IMG/VR virus record: IMGVR_UViG_3300031555_000648
Location: 20,458 to 84,457 of that record
Source of the DNA: a virus
Lineage: Duplodnaviria; Caudoviricetes
Length of the DNA: 64,000 bases
Strand: one strand, 5' to 3'
In this document: positions 60,015 through 64,000 of the stretch, one piece after another
How the letters are laid out: each line of letters opens with the position of its first letter
Position numbering within the stretch: position 1 is the first letter of the stretch
Program-made: the position numbers and the translations under genes
Notes under the pieces: generated by a model
What the model was told of the DNA's origin: nothing
The model's database searches: none
Seen by the model: only the letters and a program-made list of their open reading frames with translations

Positions 60015-60143
60015 ATTGGGAGAAAAACGATAAAGTCATAAAGGCTCATACAATGAGATTTGAACTCATGTTAATTCCGTAAAAGGGAATTGTCTTAACC
60101 GCTTGACAATATATGATGTAGACTTATATCTACACAACCCAAT
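60015..60143 (-). ncRNA. scaffolded RNA B carrying a tRNA-like cloverleaf with UUU anticodon (60045-60116)
   Basis: AUUGGG/CCCAAU stem, UUGUGUA/GUUUUUCU loop, inner stem, full cloverleaf with a tRNA-Glu-like body. Confidence 0.8.
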
Positions 60144-60156
60144 ATTATTTTCGTCA

Positions 60157-60285
60157 GCTTACAGAGAAAAGTGGTAAAGAGATTGACTTATCACAACAGG
60201 ACTCGAACCTGCAACACTTTGTTTAACGGACAAATGCTCGACCATTGAGCTATATGATGTAATCTTTACCTACACAACTGTAAGC
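60157..60285 (-). ncRNA. scaffolded RNA C carrying a tRNA-Asn(GUU)-like cloverleaf (60188-60259)
   Basis: GCUUACAG/CUGUAAGC stem, UUGUGUA/ACUUUUCU loop, GGUAAAGA/UCUUUACC stem, cloverleaf with loop CCGUUAA. Confidence 0.8.
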
Positions 60286-60307
60286 ACTTTGTTTTTCAAC
60301 TGTGGTT

Positions 60308-60336
60308 ATCATATCACACTTCTTAAAAGCTGTCAA
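60308..60336 (-). promoter_or_regulatory. consensus SigA promoter driving RNAs C, B and A
   Basis: TTGACA-17 bp-TATGAT with extended TG. Confidence 0.85.
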
Positions 60337-60350
60337 ATAAACCACTGTAA

Positions 60351-60424
60351 TCGGAATGACAGGATTTGAACCTGCGACTTCTAGTTCCCAAAACTAGCGT
60401 GCTACCGAACTGCACTACATTCCG
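60351..60424 (-). tRNA. tRNA-Pro(UGG)
   Basis: Canonical cloverleaf CGGAATG/CATTCCG, loop TTTGGGA; CCA not encoded. Confidence 0.92.
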
Positions 60425-60428
60425 AAAA

Positions 60429-60500
60429 CTGCCCTTGCTAGATTTGAACTAGCGAATACATGAGTCAAAGTCATGTGCCTTACCACTTGGCGAAAGGGCA
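60429..60500 (-). tRNA. tRNA-Gln(UUG)
   Basis: TGCCCTT/AAGGGCA acceptor, loop CTTTGAC; CCA not encoded. Confidence 0.92.
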
Positions 60501-60567
60501 AAAACTGACTCACAGCACTACCAATGGTACTTCTTAGTTGCCATCAATAGGAACTGTTCATCAGTAA

Positions 60568-60650
60568 GGGGTAATACAGGACTCGAACCTGTAACTTATG
60601 CACATAGTTAATGAGTACTCTCATTGCTTTGCCTGTTAAGCTAATTACCC
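60568..60650 (-). tRNA. tRNA-like RNA with 4-nt anticodon loop (AGUA) and long variable arm
   Basis: Perfect acceptor, D and T arms; anticodon stem ATGAG/CTCAT closes only 4 nt. Confidence 0.7.
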
Positions 60651-60748
60651 AGAGTGTTGGGTGACCACCTCGTTCTGTGGGGAAGTCACCCTCAAGAGTG
60701 TTCAACAAGAACAACTTTTTACACCATCAGAGGTGTTTAAATCACTGT

Positions 60749-60886
60749 GGTAGGAAAGTCCGTCTATTATACTTCGTTCACATTCTGTTGGATAGTCCAG
60801 AATGATTTCGGCAACTACCTCCCTGTTCGCTATTCGTACATATCTGTGCAGACTATCTACACTTTACCCTTTTGCTGACCAACAGG
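60749..60886 (-). ncRNA. unassigned structured RNA with potential kissing loops
   Basis: Two enclosed hairpins whose loops GAUAGUC and GACUAUC are exactly complementary. Confidence 0.5.
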
Positions 60887-60898
60887 TTCATGATTTAG

Positions 60899-60972
60899 CT
60901 GAACAGGTGAGGATTGAACTCACTTTGCACCTCATCTTGCAAGAAACAAGGCTTCTCCAACTAGACTGTTCA
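60899..60972 (-). tRNA. degenerate tRNA-like element (possible UCU anticodon)
   Basis: TGAACAG/CTGTTCA acceptor and GTGAG-TTCAATC-CTCAC T arm; weak D and anticodon arms. Confidence 0.5.
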
Positions 60973-61049
60973 ATATTAACTCATGCAAGTGTAGTTTCTG
61001 TTCTTCCATTGCCGACATTGGTTTCTGCACAACCTCACATAAGTTAAAA

Positions 61050-61135
61050 CGGAGTGTAAAGGACTTGAACCTTTGCGTCATTTCTGACCTATCTGATTAG
61101 CAATCAGACCTCTTCACCAACTTGAGTAACACTCC
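61050..61135 (-). tRNA. tRNA-Ser(GCU)
   Basis: GGAGTGT/ACACTCC, loop TTGCTAA, long variable arm. Confidence 0.92.
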
Positions 61136-61259
61136 ATGTGAGTAGGTGATTGTATAGTCTCTCATAAAAGGACAGTCATCTTTTCCTACTCATTCTCCAC
61201 CTTGTTATAGACGTGGTGGACACCCTGTCTTTCAATGCTGTTCGTTCAGAACAGTTTGA

Positions 61260-61288
61260 ATTGTATCACAGCTTTTCTTAGTTGTCAA
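61260..61288 (-). promoter_or_regulatory. consensus SigA promoter of the tRNA cluster
   Basis: TTGACA-17 bp-TACAAT with extended TG. Confidence 0.85.
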
Positions 61289-61619
61289 GAAAGCCACTTT
61301 CATCACATATCTCTAAAATGGAATTGTTCATCTTCCTCCATGTCTTCATAAAGAAGTTCGCAACCATTTCTTCATTATCTGGTGTCAAGTCAAGACCTGC
61401 TTCATTAGCATAAGCGTGGAAAATTTCGTGGACAACAACTTCCTGTGTTCTCACTCTCAATTCTTCTTCTGTACAATCGTCCTGCTCTGTACTCACTAAA
61501 ATCTTCTTGGAATAGCTTCGGCACTCACCCATGTTCTCTTCACTTATTCCAATCTCTACTTTATCACCTAACAACACTTCATAAGGTGTTCCCATTATCT
61601 CATGAGTCATTTTAATCAT
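61278..61619 (-). CDS. small HExxH metallopeptidase-like protein
   Basis: VVVHEIFHAY...EEMV. Confidence 0.65.
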   Translation of the reverse strand: MIKMTHEIMGTPYEVLLGDKVEIGISEENMGECRSYSKKILVSTEQDDCTEEELRVRTQEVVVHEIFHAYANEAGLDLTPDNEEMVANFFMKTWRKMNNSILEICDESGFLDN

Positions 61620-61825
61620 ACTATGTAACCTCCAAACACTCTCACTAATACAACAAACACAAAGAACACTACAACACCTACTAACAGGTCACTCACTTTG
61701 TCCTTTTGTGGCTTCTGCTCTGTACTTCTCATAAATGCTACAATGAACACCAATGCAAGCAACACTGCAACGACATAAAACAAAATCTTTAGTCCTAACA
61801 CTTCACTTACCTCTCTTTCTTTCAA
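61616..61825 (-). CDS. small two-TM membrane protein
   Basis: Two hydrophobic helices. Confidence 0.6.
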   Translation of the reverse strand: MKEREVSEVLGLKILFYVVAVLLALVFIVAFMRSTEQKPQKDKVSDLLVGVVVFFVFVVLVRVFGGYIV

Positions 61826-61834
61826 TGTGCTGTC

Positions 61835-61863
61835 ATTATATCACTAAAACACTTCATGGTCAA
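61835..61863 (-). promoter_or_regulatory. SigA-type promoter
   Basis: TTGACC-17 bp-TATAAT with extended TG. Confidence 0.8.
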
Positions 61864-61871
61864 ACACCCAC

Positions 61872-61943
61872 GTTCTGTAATTACAGACCTAATTAGTTCT
61901 GTAACTATATAATTATATATTTATATTAAATAACTAATAAAAG
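61872..61943. repeat. AT-rich element with TCTGTAA motifs; homologous to 20211-20280
   Basis: Palindrome TCTGTAATTACAGA, then TTAGTTCTGTAA plus AT core plus AATAAAAGATT. Confidence 0.65.
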
Positions 61944-62010
61944 ATTATATTCGTTATCTACGTCCACACTCCGCTTCGCTTCGTGGTTCGCTACGCTCAC
62001 TCCACTCTCA

Positions 62011-62514
62011 CTAAAATGGACTATATTCTTGCAAGTACGCAAATTCTCCATGGTGTTTTAGTGCTAATTCGTTATATAATTTAACAGCTTCTTCCTCTGA
62101 ATACACAACTTTCTCAACACGATTTCCTTTAGGTGTTCTAACACGAACCTGCCATCTGCTCTCGTCTAATTGTCTTATATTCTTATATTTCTGCTTGCTT
62201 GTAGACTTCTTACCAACATTGTATTGGTTGAAACGATTATCACTCACCCTCAAGTTACTTTTTAGGTTATTTAGTCCATCATGGTCTCTATGGTCAACAT
62301 ATACTTTAGGGTCTGTGACTCCCATAATCTCTCTGTGCATATAAATGGTCTTTTGTGTTCCATTTTTATGCTCGACTCTAATTGCATATTGCCATTTTTC
62401 TGACTTGAACAAACACCATGAATACTGACTCAATCTTTCATAGTCCTCTTCGTCAACTCTCACATATTCACCACTGAATAGTTTTATGACTCGTCCTGTT
62501 TTCTTTAACTTCAT
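62011..62514 (-). CDS. HNH-AP2 homing endonuclease
   Basis: YMHREIM...VDHRDHDGLNNLKSNLR; C-terminal AP2-like EEEAVKLYNELALKHHGEFA. Confidence 0.88.
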   Translation of the reverse strand: MKLKKTGRVIKLFSGEYVRVDEEDYERLSQYSWCLFKSEKWQYAIRVEHKNGTQKTIYMHREIMGVTDPKVYVDHRDHDGLNNLKSNLRVSDNRFNQYNVGKKSTSKQKYKNIRQLDESRWQVRVRTPKGNRVEKVVYSEEEAVKLYNELALKHHGEFAYLQEYSPF

Positions 62515-62686
62515 TATAACACCTCCTGTCATACCCCACCTATATAATATCATATCCACATTTCTACGTCAACAATTTTTCCTGTAATTTTTCAAAATCG
62601 ACTCAATCCATACCTCAAAATATTATCCAATAGTGTGACACTAGGTGCAGGTGTGTGGTGTTGGAGACCAAATAAAGGGTGGGGTC

Positions 62687-63140
62687 TTTCTGGTGGAAAA
62701 CTTCAAAAAATTTTCAAAGTCTCACGAAAATTTCACAAAACAATCAAAACACAATGAAACAATTCTTTTCTATGTGAAACTATGTGTTTCTGGTGTCTGG
62801 TGGTGTGGTGGGTATAGGGGTGGGATAAAATTTTTCAATTCTATTCTACTATATATATATTATGTATATAAATACATTTTATGCACAATTTATGCACATT
62901 TTCTGGTGTTTATACACTATATAATGTATATTATACACTGTATATAGGACTAAAATATTGCCAATTTTTATGTCGAAAATCACTATAGGGGCAGTCCTCA
63001 TTATTTCACCTCATTTATCTTATATAGAGCCTTTCCATACCCTCTTCTGGCAGTGGTCTTTAAAATCACTCTGGACTCCAAAATTTCACTTACCTCATTT
63101 TGGTCTTTTAGACACAAAAAAGAACACACCATTTCTGGTG
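62687..63140. repeat. dispersed TTTCTGGTG repeats in a long non-coding region
   Basis: Exact copies at 62687, 62787, 62900 and 63132, plus partial copies. Confidence 0.7.
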
Positions 63141-63166
63141 TGCTCTCTGGTATATGGATAGTCACA

Positions 63167-63544
63167 CTACTCAATATGCCTTTTGTCACATTCCTCACTT
63201 AAATCTGTCAAACCATCAATAAGGTCATACAGCATTTCAAGTGGAAGATACACTGTTTTGCCTTTTAAGTAACCTGTGTAGAACTCTGACTCTTGATACA
63301 TCTGCACCCAAACGTGTGGAAGTGCTTCATCATCATCAAACCTCTTCACTGATAACTCTAAATACTGCTTCACGACCTTTGTTGGGTCTTTGTGACTTGG
63401 TGTTTCTTTCACCAACATTCTAATTGGCTCAAACATAGGTCTGTACTCATCTGGTGGCAGTTTGTTCTCCTGCTTCTTTTTAGGTTCTGGTTGTCTTGGC
63501 AGTTCTTGCTTGAGTTCCTTTTTGATAACTGGTTTCAGTTTCAT
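63167..63544 (-). CDS. hypothetical protein, possibly PC4-like nucleic-acid-binding fold
   Basis: Beta-beta-beta-helix pattern (LELSVKR...VWVQMY...KGKTVYLP); family is inference. Confidence 0.5.
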   Translation of the reverse strand: MKLKPVIKKELKQELPRQPEPKKKQENKLPPDEYRPMFEPIRMLVKETPSHKDPTKVVKQYLELSVKRFDDDEALPHVWVQMYQESEFYTGYLKGKTVYLPLEMLYDLIDGLTDLSEECDKRHIE

Positions 63545-63645
63545 AAGTCACTACTCCTTTCACTTTATTATTTTGTAGGTAGAGTTTAAATACTCTATAA
63601 TACACCCCACTTTCGTGAGTGAGGTGCACTAACAGCACTTAAATC

Positions 63646-63870
63646 CTACTTCATAATCATGTCGGTCAGCATAGAGAACATCAACTTATGCTCCACTTCT
63701 TCTAAACTCATCTTGCCATCTTCTGTGACCTCTTTTATGAACTCTTCTTCACTTACTTCAAGAAGACCTCTAAGAGCACCAATGTCTCGGATAAAGTCTT
63801 TGACTAAATCCATGTACAACAGGATATGTACTTTCTCTGCCTTAGTTGCTGTTCTGGTGCGTCTCATCAT
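63646..63870 (-). CDS. hypothetical protein
   Basis: GAGGA RBS, 74 aa. Confidence 0.5.
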   Translation of the reverse strand: MMRRTRTATKAEKVHILLYMDLVKDFIRDIGALRGLLEVSEEEFIKEVTEDGKMSLEEVEHKLMFSMLTDMIMK

Positions 63871-64000
63871 TTCCTCAAGTGCAGTCTCATTGTGTATTTC
63901 AATGAACTTGTTAACACCTTTGTAAATCTGTTCTAACGCTTTTTTTCCTTGTTACTAATCATTGTGTTCTGCATATTCAACACTCCTTATTATTTTATTT

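Noticed and set aside
59846-60285. Three spaced TACACAA/AGAAAA repeats read as a mini-CRISPR or DNA operator array
   Set aside because: The repeats are short and discontinuous, the flanks covary as stems, the inserts are tRNA-like, and no cas genes are present; RNA structure explains them better.
60505-60566. CUGAUGA as a hammerhead ribozyme core
   Set aside because: There is no GAAA after stem II and no stem III/NUH; CUGA instead pairs with a downstream UCAG.
60655-60695. HDV-like theta ribozyme next to a tRNA
   Set aside because: A P1/P3-like nesting exists, but the L3 sequence, P1.1 and catalytic J4/2 cytosine could not be placed, and it lies 5' rather than 3' of the tRNA.
33-63925. The many plus-strand ORFs in the track (e.g. 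16480-17154, 35191-35841, 53796-54347, 62645-62947)
   Set aside because: They are antisense shadows of well-supported minus-strand genes or low-complexity DNA, lack RBSs and show no recognisable motifs.
1-64000. Stop-codon recoding
   Set aside because: Genes tile densely under the standard code with TAA, TAG and TGA all used as stops, and no suppressor tRNA was seen.

Overview
This window is about 64 kb of a large, AT-rich tailed phage genome. It is a myovirus-type phage with a contractile tail, and the host is probably a Firmicute/Clostridia gut bacterium, inferred from GGAGGT RBSs, SigA-type promoters, XkdX, a SleB-like hydrolase and the endolysin. All convincing genes are on the minus strand. 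Reading by coordinate, it holds: (1) a self-sufficient replication, recombination and nucleotide module (ThyX, Cas4-like nuclease, resolvase, RecA/UvsX, dUTPase, family A polymerase, HU, SSB, primase, DnaB, DnaC-like loader, SF2 helicase); (2) a lysis cassette; (3) a complete diversity-generating retroelement (RT, TR, Avd, VR-bearing tail protein, 13 of 13 mismatches at TR adenines); (4) baseplate, tail, head, portal and terminase genes, with a -1 slippery site in the tail chaperone; (5) an ATP-dependent ligase and accessory genes; (6) a Ro60/TROVE gene, a tRNA/ncRNA cluster, an HNH-AP2 endonuclease and a repeat-rich non-coding region. The standout is a dedicated promoter-to-terminator unit directly upstream of Ro60. 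It encodes three RNAs sharing a covarying stem / conserved internal loop / stem scaffold, each carrying a different tRNA-like cargo: an Asn(GUU)-like tRNA, a Glu-bodied tRNA with a Lys(UUU) anticodon, and a circularly permuted Arg(ACG) tRNA with its CCA inside a loop. A second notable signal is a short motif, (M/I)F(T/S/A)RGY, shared at the termini of five unrelated proteins including the SSB. No integrase, repressor or CRISPR array was seen. All product calls come from motif recognition by eye; no database searches were run.
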